Shown here: positions 30,205-39,696 of the stretch, piece after piece
Numbering within the stretch: the stretch's first letter is position 1
How the letters are laid out: each line of letters opens with the position of its first letter
Virus record (IMG/VR): IMGVR_UViG_3300037116_000074
Location: 8,376 to 72,375 of that record
Direction: 5' to 3' (one strand)
Source: a virus
Length of the DNA stretch: 64,000 bases
Notes under the pieces: model-generated
Databases searched by the model: none
What the model was told of the DNA's origin: nothing
The model's input: only the letters and a program-made list of their open reading frames with translations
Program-made: the position numbers and the translations under genes

Positions 30205-30416
30205 TATTCACTTACCTTTGTTAATATACCGGGACCTGGATTAAGTTCGAATGCAACGCTGTCTTGTAAACGTCGCGCATATCGCGTTGGAAAATCGCCT
30301 TTAAATGGAGATTCACCGAAAGCTTGTTCAATAGTAGAGCTACCCATAACCGTTTCGGGCATATTGGTTTTCAACTTACCTTGAACATGTATTACTTTTC
30401 CTGGTTTAGCTGACAT
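30204..30416 (-). CDS. hypothetical protein
   Basis: GGAGG RBS; in head operon. Confidence 0.65.
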   Translation of the reverse strand: MSAKPGKVIHVQGKLKTNMPETVMGSSTIEQAFGESPFKGDFPTRYARRLQDSVAFELNPGPGILTKVSE

Positions 30417-30425
30417 AGCAACCTC

Positions 30426-30848
30426 CTAGAGAGAGCCAGCCGAAGCTACCCAGTTGGAACCATTACTAACTAATGAAAGACTAGTCGCAGGAGCAGTAAG
30501 CTTATATGAAGAATTGAACGAACTAGCAGAAAGAGTATTGATTGTTTGAGCAGTAGCGCTACCAAATGGAGCTACAGTTGCTAATGATACAGTATGGCTA
30601 GAACCCGTTTTAACCATCATAACTTTGAGTCCTTTACCGGCTGCTACTTGAGTAGCATCAGGAAGAGTCACAGTTATACTGGCAGCAGTTGCATCACAAA
30701 CTAAGGTAGTTAATGGTGCAGCTAAAACAGCAGTAGCAGATACATTAACTAAAACGGAACCAGGCACATCACTAGGAGCCAAAGATTGAGCAAAGGCAGG
30801 TATGGATAAAGTTAAACTAGCTAATAGAGAAAGTATTAACCGATTCAT
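30426..30848 (-). CDS. signal-peptide protein with fibre-type module, in capsid operon
   Basis: MNRLILSLLASLTLSIPAFA|QSLAPSDVP; VTLPDAT...QTIN...SNGSNW. Confidence 0.7.
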   Translation of the reverse strand: MNRLILSLLASLTLSIPAFAQSLAPSDVPGSVLVNVSATAVLAAPLTTLVCDATAASITVTLPDATQVAAGKGLKVMMVKTGSSHTVSLATVAPFGSATAQTINTLSASSFNSSYKLTAPATSLSLVSNGSNWVASAGSL

Positions 30849-30849
30849 A

Positions 30850-31089
30850 TTATTCATCTCCTGAAACATGATCTAGACCGCCATTATCGACAGAATTGCC
30901 GAAAATAGAATCCATTTCTTTAGCACATGGACGGAACGAACCTTCTTTCACTTCGCCTACGGCTGGTTGGATTTTGCCTTCACCAGGCAATCTCATATCA
31001 GCTGGAGACATTGGACGTTGGCGTCCAACACTATGGCCTTTCTTGGACATGTTTTGTGTATTTACGATTTGAGCTTTAGCGTCAGACAT
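30850..31089 (-). CDS. hypothetical protein
   Basis: GGAGG RBS; directly after the capsid gene. Confidence 0.65.
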   Translation of the reverse strand: MSDAKAQIVNTQNMSKKGHSVGRQRPMSPADMRLPGEGKIQPAVGEVKEGSFRPCAKEMDSIFGNSVDNGGLDHVSGDE

Positions 31090-31105
31090 ATTTCCCTCCC
31101 AGGGT

Positions 31106-32515
31106 TTAGCAGTGTTCTATAACAACAGCGCGTTTGTATGCAGCATTGCTAGCAGTAGGTATAATCGAAGGATTGGCAGTTAAGTCTGTTGGACATACCA
31201 CACCGAATACGGATAAGTAAGTCATTTGAACTTGACGACCCATATTGTCGATAGGAGCACGTACTATGTGAGCTATGTGATCAACCATATAGATATTACT
31301 GACTGAACCAACTGCTTCACCGCGTTGAGCGAAACTTTCTAATCCAGAGAAGTGTCCTTGGTACAAACCACCCATACCGGTAATCAATACACGGTGGATA
31401 CTTGTTCCAGGAAGCAAGGCTTGCATACCAGCAGCTGCGACAGATGCTTGTAAGTAAACTTCAGTTGTAGGTATGAAGGTCATGCCTAACAAAGTAAATA
31501 CTTGGTTGTTTTGATACTCAGGGTTATTACCACGACTTGCGTACATGATTTGGAACTGAGAATCTATAAGCAATTCAGTCATTGAATGATAATCAAGGTA
31601 GCAATGATATGTACCATCACGATGACGGGGAATAGCATTTTGAGACAAACTTGCTTGAGCTGTTTGAAGCAAACTTATGCTTAACAAATCTTGCGAAGTA
31701 AGTTGGTTTGTACCTTGCTTGTTGTTTGGACGATAAACAGGAGATCCTAATGAGGATTGAAGGGCATCACCACCGACTGGTAATGTACCGGCAACTGGAT
31801 TAATAGTTAAATAACCGGATATACCATCTGATGCACTACCAACTACGGATGCTGGATATACAGAATTTGTCGGTACATCAGCTACAGCAGCTACAACATT
31901 GAATGTTTGAGTTACGCCACCATTAAATGCAACTTCTTGCACTGGAAGTGGATTATCAACAGCAACTGGAGTTGGAACACCATTGACCCAATTGACTTGG
32001 AATCCGCGAATGTCATCAACATAAATCTTAGCTGTGGTTGGATCGGTTTCACCCATTGCAGCATTACGAATCCAGGTGTTGCCTGTATTGTATGCAGCGA
32101 ACCATGTTTGTTTAAGAACACGTTCTATGGTTTGAGCAGCTTCAACACCATTAGTATGGGCTAAAGCCATTAATTGATCGGCAATACCTTCTTGTTCTTC
32201 TAACAAATCTAATTGCTTGTTACCAGCATATTGATTCACGTTATAAGTGTATTGTTCTAAACTTGGGGTTGTGGCAGTTAAACCATTATCTAAACCAGTA
32301 ACATTGACTGGATTTAATGGTGTTGGTTGCGGTGGGGTACGACCTATTTTAGTCTTAGTGATACTATTACCTGCGCGTATAGGTATCATTTCGACAACAA
32401 CATCATGAGAAAAAGCTGACTCTGAATCAAGACCTTCTTCAAACGAACGGGCTAAAAAGCCTTGTTGGAATGCTATATTAAATGCGCTTCCTGGAGGAAC
32501 TAAACCACCGGCCAT
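31106..32515 (-). CDS. major capsid protein
   Basis: 469 aa after scaffold; EQY....NQY, A...G..AAQ..E, L..N.IP...DG.YHC.LD, AYKRAVVIEH. Confidence 0.85.
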   Translation of the reverse strand: MAGGLVPPGSAFNIAFQQGFLARSFEEGLDSESAFSHDVVVEMIPIRAGNSITKTKIGRTPPQPTPLNPVNVTGLDNGLTATTPSLEQYTYNVNQYAGNKQLDLLEEQEGIADQLMALAHTNGVEAAQTIERVLKQTWFAAYNTGNTWIRNAAMGETDPTTAKIYVDDIRGFQVNWVNGVPTPVAVDNPLPVQEVAFNGGVTQTFNVVAAVADVPTNSVYPASVVGSASDGISGYLTINPVAGTLPVGGDALQSSLGSPVYRPNNKQGTNQLTSQDLLSISLLQTAQASLSQNAIPRHRDGTYHCYLDYHSMTELLIDSQFQIMYASRGNNPEYQNNQVFTLLGMTFIPTTEVYLQASVAAAGMQALLPGTSIHRVLITGMGGLYQGHFSGLESFAQRGEAVGSVSNIYMVDHIAHIVRAPIDNMGRQVQMTYLSVFGVVCPTDLTANPSIIPTASNAAYKRAVVIEHC

Positions 32516-32666
32516 AATAAATACCTCTTTAACTCCTGACGTTTATAAAACTTAATCTTGGAGTTTAAAAAGGCTTCTAGCCGAACAACGTTATCTAACG
32601 TAAAAACTCTTATGAATGTACATAGTTTAACATAATTTTTCGTTAATGTATAAATGTTTACTCATA

Positions 32667-32702
32667 AAAGAACCCAGGAAGATAATAAATACGATCCTGG
32701 GC
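32667..32702 (-). terminator. intrinsic terminator after scaffold gene
   Basis: CCCAGGA/TCCTGGG stem followed by TTCTTTT on the - strand. Confidence 0.55.
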
Positions 32703-32730
32703 ACACTTCCCCGCTACGATTTTTATTACA

Positions 32731-33432
32731 TTAAAACGTAGAGTTTTTGGTTGCTTGTCTAAATTCAGCTTCAACTTGTGACAATGGAACCTTGCGATCT
32801 AACGCATTAAAATGCGTCGGTTGTACGCCTGGTTGCGGTGCAATACCAGGTTGACCGGTTGGTCTAACGCTTGGAGCCACAACTGGCGCTACGGGAGCTG
32901 GAGTAGGTGCTTCATCTGCTTTAAACAATAATGGTTTGTCTTGTTTGAGACGCGCCACTAATTCAGCAGCCTTAGATGGATCTGCCTTAAGTTCGTCACC
33001 ATATTTAGCTTGTAATGCTGTAGACAGTAAATCCGTTTCTAAAGCTCCAGCAGCAAGCATTTCGCGCTCAAGGCTGGATTGAACCGCCTGTCTGGAGAAT
33101 TTTTCTTCCAGTTCACGAACTTTAGCTTCGGCTTTATGAGCTAATTCTTTATATTCACCTTGTTCAGTTAAGCGTTTTGTTTCGGCTTCCTGTTCTTTAT
33201 TAAGCATTTCAGTGAGTTTAGTTTCAGCTTTGCGGGCTTTTTCATCGGCTACACGATAATTTCTTTCATAATTTTGCTTATCACCCAGCGCCTTTTCGAA
33301 TAGCTCACGCAATTCTGGTTCCAGACTAGCTAAACGTGCTTCTAAATGATGTGGTTTGCCTTTAAGGGCTGCATCATCTAATGGAGGTGGACCGTTAGGG
33401 TCAGCACCTGGTTGATTTCTATCACCGCTCAT
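32731..33432 (-). CDS. capsid scaffolding protein
   Basis: coiled-coil, L..LK..KP.LF, Pro-rich linker; upstream of MCP. Confidence 0.8.
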   Translation of the reverse strand: MSGDRNQPGADPNGPPPLDDAALKGKPHHLEARLASLEPELRELFEKALGDKQNYERNYRVADEKARKAETKLTEMLNKEQEAETKRLTEQGEYKELAHKAEAKVRELEEKFSRQAVQSSLEREMLAAGALETDLLSTALQAKYGDELKADPSKAAELVARLKQDKPLLFKADEAPTPAPVAPVVAPSVRPTGQPGIAPQPGVQPTHFNALDRKVPLSQVEAEFRQATKNSTF

Positions 33433-33501
33433 ATTGTCTCCTTGAGGGCTATGCCCTAATAAATGCCATCAGGCATAAGTTGTTATGTACAGATTAAAAT
33501 T

Positions 33502-33897
33502 TTAAGGGGCTACCGCCGAAATATTAACGTTTAAATTACCACCGGTTGGATCGCCAGTTTGTACTGCCTTAATCCATCTAACACCGGGCCAAGATACGAA
33601 TGTAATACCTAAAGCTGTTATCGCTGAACCAAGTACAAAGCCAGTAGCTCCGCTTACGGATGGATTATCATCGCTTAATGAACCCCAGAACTGAACTGAA
33701 ATAATAGCAGTAGCACCGCCAGAAAGTTCAATCGCTGCACGACTAAACGCCCGAAAGTCTACCCAGTTAGAGGTATCAGCTACAACAGTATCATTAATTA
33801 AATCATAAGCAATAGACGAAGAAACAGCCAAAGCATTGACTGGATTGGGTGGATGGACGTCATAAGGTATTTGTCCATCGGATGCGTTAGTTGCCAT
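33502..33897 (-). CDS. putative virion beta-sandwich protein
   Basis: V...GS.D....F / RWIK pattern; structural operon. Confidence 0.5.
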   Translation of the reverse strand: MATNASDGQIPYDVHPPNPVNALAVSSSIAYDLINDTVVADTSNWVDFRAFSRAAIELSGGATAIISVQFWGSLSDDNPSVSGATGFVLGSAITALGITFVSWPGVRWIKAVQTGDPTGGNLNVNISAVAP

Positions 33898-33933
33898 AAA
33901 AATCTCCTGAAGGGTATTGATAGTTTAACATGG

Positions 33934-35142
33934 TTATAGAATTTGCGCTAGGGTCGCTGATCCTGCTCCACCTGCACCGCCAGTACCACCTTGAGTATTA
34001 GCTTTAACACCACCAGTACCACCATTAGCTTGCACAGTTCCAGTATTAGATAGTGTACCTTGATAAAATATCCAAACTGCGCCACCACCTGCGCCGCCGC
34101 CGCCTGATGAACCGCCTATACCATCACCACCAGTACCACCATTTCCTCCATTTCCTCCATTTGAAGATATAACTCCGCTACTTCCTATAGTAAGATTTCC
34201 ACCAACAATTAGAACAAGATAGCCACCACCTCCGCCGCCGCCTGTACTGCCAGATGTACCAGCTGAACCAGTTCCACCTGACCCACCAGGATTACCAGCA
34301 CCACCACCTGCTCCAGGGCCATTAGCACAATTAGCTCCAGCACCGCCAGTACCACCATTAGTAGATGCATTACCACCAGTTACACCATTATAAGATCCGC
34401 CACCCCCGCCAGATCCACCACAAAAAGATGTACCAGCAGTACCATTACCACCAGCTGCATTAAATCCACTACCGCCACCACCACCACCACCGGGTGCATT
34501 AGTTGACGTTCCACCAGCTGAACCAGTTGTAGCTGGAATAGCACTAGCACCAGCACCACCAGATCCACCTGTAGCCGGTGTATTGTATGTAGTAGTTGTT
34601 ACTGGCCCAACACCTGTAGTTATACCATCTGTTGCAGATGAATATTCAATAATATTGGTAGATGAACCAGAAGCATTAGCCCCTAAACCATTCATACTTA
34701 TTGTGCCATTGACTGTACAGTTTCCAGTGACGTAAATAATTAAACCTTTACATCTATTCGATACACTTAATATCTGCCCACTATTAACGGTTAACGAACT
34801 GTAATTTTGAATAATAGCCGGGCCATCAGTTATAGAAGTTAAATTTGTACTACTACTAATAGTAACTGCACCATCGGCACCCGTACCAAAATAATTACTT
34901 GCAGCGGCTGCTGGCACCCAGTTAGTGCCGTTATATACTACTATGTTCCCAACACTGGGACTGCCAGTAATTAAATTATTAATAGCCGCGGTCCCCGTAG
35001 TAGCAGCTGTACCACCGCAATTAACAGGTAAAGTACCAATCGTTGGAGACGAAGCGGTGGGATGGTAATCAGCCCCAGGAATCCCGGCGAAGCACTGAGT
35101 GCTAAATATTAAACATATTAATAGACTGATTAGTTTTTTCAT
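33934..35142 (-). CDS. glycine-rich fibre-like protein with predicted signal peptide
   Basis: MKKLISLLICLIFSTQCFA|GI; YFGTGADG, NYSSLTV, long Gly-rich tract. Confidence 0.75.
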   Translation of the reverse strand: MKKLISLLICLIFSTQCFAGIPGADYHPTASSPTIGTLPVNCGGTAATTGTAAINNLITGSPSVGNIVVYNGTNWVPAAAASNYFGTGADGAVTISSSTNLTSITDGPAIIQNYSSLTVNSGQILSVSNRCKGLIIYVTGNCTVNGTISMNGLGANASGSSTNIIEYSSATDGITTGVGPVTTTTYNTPATGGSGGAGASAIPATTGSAGGTSTNAPGGGGGGGSGFNAAGGNGTAGTSFCGGSGGGGGSYNGVTGGNASTNGGTGGAGANCANGPGAGGGAGNPGGSGGTGSAGTSGSTGGGGGGGYLVLIVGGNLTIGSSGVISSNGGNGGNGGTGGDGIGGSSGGGGAGGGAVWIFYQGTLSNTGTVQANGGTGGVKANTQGGTGGAGGAGSATLAQIL

Positions 35143-35190
35143 ATACCGTATTATATCCATATTCGATACTGTCGAACAGTAAGATTATTT

Positions 35191-36402
35191 TTAGGCTATT
35201 GTAGTCACGTTGCCAATTATTACTTGTAGTTCGGTTGTAGTCACAGCAATTCCTAAACTTTGAACCAAATCGCCGCTAGATGAAGGAGCTGTAGCTGTTA
35301 CTGCTCCAGCGGTTCCAAGGAAATAACGTGTTCCAACTGTTAAACTAGATTGTTGCGTATTAGGAGCACTACCAATTACAATTGTAATCGCTCCAGAAGC
35401 AGCACCTGTAAGAGCAAAACCATCAGCTTGTTTTGTAACATCTGTATTATCGGCATTACGAACTTTTAAGCCAGAAGAAGCCCATAAATTAATCATTGCT
35501 CCAGCTGCTATTGTTTCAGTAACAGTAACAGACATTGTTTGATAACCATTAGCTAATGGAAGAAATCCCGATACAGCACCCGAAGCACCTAAAGCAACTG
35601 CTCCAAAAGCAGGATCGGCCGAAGAACCGGCTGAAACTAAAGCTAATCCAGCAGTAGCACTAGGCGCTACCTGATCGATTGGACCAGTACCTTCACCAAT
35701 TAATACGGCATATTGAGTAAGTGAAGTGCGTCCAGTACCACCACCGGCTACGACGGCGGTAGAAAATGAAGGAGTAGACGAAGAACCTTGGCTAACTAAT
35801 GGGATACCAGTAGTTGATGTTGGGGCGGCTAGGGCAACATTGCCAGTACCATTACCTACCACGACATTACCAGCGGTAATTGTAGCTAATCCTGTACCAC
35901 CATGAGGTACACGTAACGTATTCGTAACATTAGCCACTAAATCAATGACTGGTTGAATAGTCCACCAATTAGCGCCATCGGACACGAAGAAATAGGTTTG
36001 ATCTACAATAGATAACGTAGGTAAGGAAGCAGCGGAGGCAGCATTAATGGTTTGCGAACTCACGGTTGCGAAGGCAACATGATTTGTCCCATCAGCCGTA
36101 GATACTTGTACTAATAATGTTTGACCAGAAAATGCTGTTGCATCAGGTAAGGTAGCAGTAACAGTAGCAGCAGCCGTTACGATATCAACAGATTCAAAAT
36201 GAGCAATTAAAGCAGAAAAGCTAGCAGTATCAGTTCTAGGAGTAAAACTTGATGCTATAGCAGGTAGCATCGAACTATCAATTAAACCGGAGGAATTTAA
36301 CGAAACAATCTTATTTGCATCTCCAGCGCCTGCTGAAGAGTTATTGGATGCTAAGAGTTCATCAGTTCCGGATGATAAAGTGAGATATTTATTACCAGCG
36401 AT
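35191..36402 (-). CDS. head fibre/decoration protein (probable ATC start)
   Basis: paralog of 36459..37502 with similarity extending 44 codons upstream of the first ATG; AAGGAAGGA RBS before ATC. Confidence 0.75.
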   Translation of the reverse strand: MAGNKYLTLSSGTDELLASNNSSAGAGDANKIVSLNSSGLIDSSMLPAIASSFTPRTDTASFSALIAHFESVDIVTAAATVTATLPDATAFSGQTLLVQVSTADGTNHVAFATVSSQTINAASAASLPTLSIVDQTYFFVSDGANWWTIQPVIDLVANVTNTLRVPHGGTGLATITAGNVVVGNGTGNVALAAPTSTTGIPLVSQGSSSTPSFSTAVVAGGGTGRTSLTQYAVLIGEGTGPIDQVAPSATAGLALVSAGSSADPAFGAVALGASGAVSGFLPLANGYQTMSVTVTETIAAGAMINLWASSGLKVRNADNTDVTKQADGFALTGAASGAITIVIGSAPNTQQSSLTVGTRYFLGTAGAVTATAPSSSGDLVQSLGIAVTTTELQVIIGNVTTIA

Positions 36403-36458
36403 ATTATTCCTTCCTTATTAATGTAGGTAAGAATATTATAATACGCACCAGGCGGATT

Positions 36459-37502
36459 TTAACCTAAGACTACTGGAGGTTGCAATATTACTTGTAATTC
36501 AGTGGTAGATATGGCTACACCGACTTTTTGGACTATATATCCAGTCGTTGAGGGGAGGGTAGAGGTAACTGTTCCGGCCGTACTGAGATAATAGTCAGAA
36601 CCGACTGTCAAACTAGATAGACCAGCGTTTGGACCATTACCCATTACAACTTGTCCTACAACAGTAGCTGATATAGCTAATGGAGCAAAACCTGTGGTTT
36701 TTTTAGGGGTAGAGTTGTCGGCTAATTGAATCAGACCAGAAGAATCTATATATATCATTGCATTGGCGGGAATACTAGTAGAGCCTGCGGTTGCAGTCAT
36801 CACTCCAGGTCCATTCAGGACTGGAAGAACACCAGTTACAGCAACGGATACATCTAAAGCTTGGAATGAAGGATCGGACGATGCGCCGTTAGAAACAAGG
36901 GCAAAATGTGTAGCGGAAGGGGCAACTAATGTAACTGCACTTGTACCATTACCTAAAATTACATTATGAACTGTAAGCGATGTTTGTCCTGTACCACCAT
37001 TAGCGACAGACAGATCGCCGGTAACATTATGGGCTAAATCAGTGACTGGGCTTACGGTCCACCAATTAGAACCATCTGAAATAAAGAAATATGTTTGATC
37101 GACATTAACCAGTACCGGCAATGAAGCAGGCGCAGAACCATTAACTGTCTGTGATGATACTGTTGCAAAAACTACATGATGAGAAGCGCTTACCGTAGAA
37201 ACTTGAACAATTAATGTTTCTCCTGAATAAGCTGTAGCATCAGGCAAAGTTGCGGTTACGTTGGCAGCGGCCGTAGCTAAATCTACTGATTCAAAATAAT
37301 TGATTAGAGCGGAAAAACTAGATGTATCGGTTCTAGGGGTATAGCTGGCAGCAAGTGCTGGCAATAAAGAGCTGTCGATTTTTGCTGAGCCATTAAGGGC
37401 AACGATATCACCACTGACGGCACCTGAGCTTGTAGTTTGGCCTTCATATTGTTGGAGATCGCCACTGGCGTTTAAATTTACAAACTTAGTATTACTAGCC
37501 AT
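36459..37502 (-). CDS. head fibre/decoration protein
   Basis: TPRTDT.SFSALI, SDGSNWW module, ANGGTG repeats, C-terminal LTVG..Y.L.TAG...VQ..G.A..TTEL domain. Confidence 0.75.
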   Translation of the reverse strand: MASNTKFVNLNASGDLQQYEGQTTSSGAVSGDIVALNGSAKIDSSLLPALAASYTPRTDTSSFSALINYFESVDLATAAANVTATLPDATAYSGETLIVQVSTVSASHHVVFATVSSQTVNGSAPASLPVLVNVDQTYFFISDGSNWWTVSPVTDLAHNVTGDLSVANGGTGQTSLTVHNVILGNGTSAVTLVAPSATHFALVSNGASSDPSFQALDVSVAVTGVLPVLNGPGVMTATAGSTSIPANAMIYIDSSGLIQLADNSTPKKTTGFAPLAISATVVGQVVMGNGPNAGLSSLTVGSDYYLSTAGTVTSTLPSTTGYIVQKVGVAISTTELQVILQPPVVLG

Positions 37503-37542
37503 CTGAACTCCTTACAATAAATCTAAGAATATTTTAACATGA

Positions 37543-38016
37543 TTAACCTAAAACAATACTGATTGAGCTAACTAAAATCAAACTAGTTGAACTTTGAGCA
37601 GTTCCAATATAACGCATCCAAGTAGAACCTACCGCCAAGGGTGTTGTCGATAAAACACCTAGTAAACCGACAAAATAACGACTACCAACCGTTAAGCCGG
37701 TCGTATTTAGTTGCCCCAACTGATTAACTGTTATAAGATGTCCGGTTAACCCTGCTTCGGTTGAAATACCAACGTATAATCCGGCTAATGTAACGTTCGT
37801 AGGATCGGCTGGATATAAAAGACCACCGACTAAAACGCAAGCAATACCAGCAGCTATGTTAACGCCGCATTGGGCCGTAACAGCACTGCCACTGCCTGGA
37901 GGGCCGGCTGGGCCTTGAGCACCTATAGATACGACCTGAATAGGTCCAGGAATTACTGTGACGGTTGAATCGCCCAGTAGAGAACTAATAGTAACTGTTC
38001 CTTCGACTAGGCTCAT
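37543..38016 (-). CDS. decoration protein with short collagen-like repeat
   Basis: GAQGPAGPPG; same LTVG.RYF..G.A C-terminal domain. Confidence 0.65.
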   Translation of the reverse strand: MSLVEGTVTISSLLGDSTVTVIPGPIQVVSIGAQGPAGPPGSGSAVTAQCGVNIAAGIACVLVGGLLYPADPTNVTLAGLYVGISTEAGLTGHLITVNQLGQLNTTGLTVGSRYFVGLLGVLSTTPLAVGSTWMRYIGTAQSSTSLILVSSISIVLG

Positions 38017-38411
38017 GGACTTGTTACGCCACTGAGCGCAGCTGCTGACCCTTGCAGGAATCCATCAACGGCAGGACCTCCACCTGGATATAACAACAGA
38101 TCATAATCCATGAATAATTGACCACCAACCATATACGGACCAAAAGCAGCTTCGATATCAGCTTGGGTAACATTTAAAAATATTTGCCCAGCCGTTGGAT
38201 TAAATGTAATCGCTGGACTCATTCCGGTACTGGAAAGTGTTAAATAGATAGTAACCGGCGGAATAGAGCTTCCAAACGACATTTTGGCATTGTAGCCAGT
38301 TAAATTAACCGGATTGCCAGTGGTAGAATCAGTATAAGTTAATGTGTAATTAAAGTCCGAATTGAGCTTAATTGCAAACTGTCCAGAAAAACTAAAGACT
38401 CCAGCTGCCAT
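38013..38411 (-). CDS. virion structural protein (BppU-N-like Ig fold)
   Basis: D..G.PVNLTGY.A.M ... G.I.L ... YDL ... G motif. Confidence 0.65.
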   Translation of the reverse strand: MAAGVFSFSGQFAIKLNSDFNYTLTYTDSTTGNPVNLTGYNAKMSFGSSIPPVTIYLTLSSTGMSPAITFNPTAGQIFLNVTQADIEAAFGPYMVGGQLFMDYDLLLYPGGGPAVDGFLQGSAAALSGVTSP

Positions 38412-38413
38412 CC

Positions 38414-38635
38414 TTAAACCTCAATAACAGTCCCTAACTCTTGTCCTTCTTGTACGAATTCACCCTCATGAACAAGCAGCTCTAGTTTACCATTCAATTC
38501 ATTAGTAACTTCATAAAATAGCTTCATAACTTCAATGTTGAGAATTAACTCATCTACCTTGACTATAGAGCCCGAAGGCATTAGTATTTGAGATACAATT
38601 CCTGAAACTGGTGAAAATAAGGTTTCTTTACGCAT
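38414..38635 (-). CDS. stand-alone biotinyl-acceptor (BCCP-like) domain
   Basis: SPVSG.V..I....G..V.....I..IEVMKL..EV.....G.....V.EG..V..GQ.L matches the biotin/lipoyl attachment consensus (EAMKM). Confidence 0.9.
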   Translation of the reverse strand: MRKETLFSPVSGIVSQILMPSGSIVKVDELILNIEVMKLFYEVTNELNGKLELLVHEGEFVQEGQELGTVIEV

Positions 38636-39157
38636 ATGCATCCCGATTTAATAGCTGAACAATTATACAACGCTATGCAGCAACCGCCCGATAGAAAAAC
38701 GTGGAGACGGTTTTTGCGTAAATTTAGTCTACCTGATGAAAATGCATGCTGGGAATGGAAAGCATACCTGAATCCTGCATATTATGGACAATTTAGATTG
38801 CGTAATTATAAACATGGGTTAGATTTGGCGACTAGGGTTATTATGACATGGCTATATGGACCTATCCAAGCAACATTGGTCGTTGATCATATGATGTGTA
38901 ATAATCCTCCCTGTATTAATCCACAACATCTGCATATCACTAGTCAAAGGGAAAATTTATTACGCTCTGATCAGACCTTAGCTGGGAAATGTATACGTAA
39001 AACTCATTGCCCACAAGGACATGCATATTCTTTCATGAATACCCGGATAAGTTATAAGCGGGGATGTCCAGGCCGTACATGTCGTAAGTGTGATGCAATC
39101 AAGCAGGCTCTAAAACGACAGCACATCAAGAGGGGTGACTTGTTATTACAATTATAG
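38636..39157 (+). CDS. HNH endonuclease (start may be 38675)
   Basis: CWEW, YGQF, DH.C.N..C.NP.HL, KTHCPQGH...R.CR.C. Confidence 0.9.
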   Translation: MHPDLIAEQLYNAMQQPPDRKTWRRFLRKFSLPDENACWEWKAYLNPAYYGQFRLRNYKHGLDLATRVIMTWLYGPIQATLVVDHMMCNNPPCINPQHLHITSQRENLLRSDQTLAGKCIRKTHCPQGHAYSFMNTRISYKRGCPGRTCRKCDAIKQALKRQHIKRGDLLLQL

Positions 39158-39207
39158 TCAGTGATCTAAAATCTCTAGCCGCTGATACACTGTTTACCGC
39201 TAGTGAT

Positions 39208-39696
39208 GTGAAGGTTTACAATCGCTCCAAGATTAAAATCATCCGACAACATGCAATCGCAAGTTGTGGAGATGAAACTGATGGAGTTCGCTTTGAACGA
39301 TGGTTTTTTGAACAAGGCGGAGAAAGTTTTTTGTGTGAGGGAGAATTTTCAGTCATTGTTATGACGAAGGAAAGATTCTTAATTGGTGAAACACTAGATG
39401 ACTTAAAAGAACTTCGCAAGATGTGGCAACCGGGACGGAAGTTGGGATTAGGAATGGCTAATGCCGTTGCTGCTGCTGAGATTCTAATGAAAGAAGCAAA
39501 TTATAATGCTCATAAAGCTGCTTACGCAGCAGCGGGGTATAATACACACTGCGGTATGCCAATATACTCCATTACGAAAACTCAATTACGAAATATTAGT
39601 CCAGATTTTGCCGGATGGTGGATAGGTGATTATCAAACACCAATTAATAAAATGAATAACTTTCTTATCTCTCACAAGCAATGGTTAAAAACATGA
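39208..39696 (+). CDS. hypothetical protein
   Basis: ORF coupled to the kinase gene. Confidence 0.55.
   Translation: MKVYNRSKIKIIRQHAIASCGDETDGVRFERWFFEQGGESFLCEGEFSVIVMTKERFLIGETLDDLKELRKMWQPGRKLGLGMANAVAAAEILMKEANYNAHKAAYAAAGYNTHCGMPIYSITKTQLRNISPDFAGWWIGDYQTPINKMNNFLISHKQWLKT

Noticed and set aside
38633-38641. Zero-spacer back-to-back start codons (CAT|ATG) of the biotinyl and HNH genes
   Set aside because: The HNH may start at 38675, leaving a normal short divergent promoter (TATAAT on - at 38662-38667); cannot be resolved from sequence
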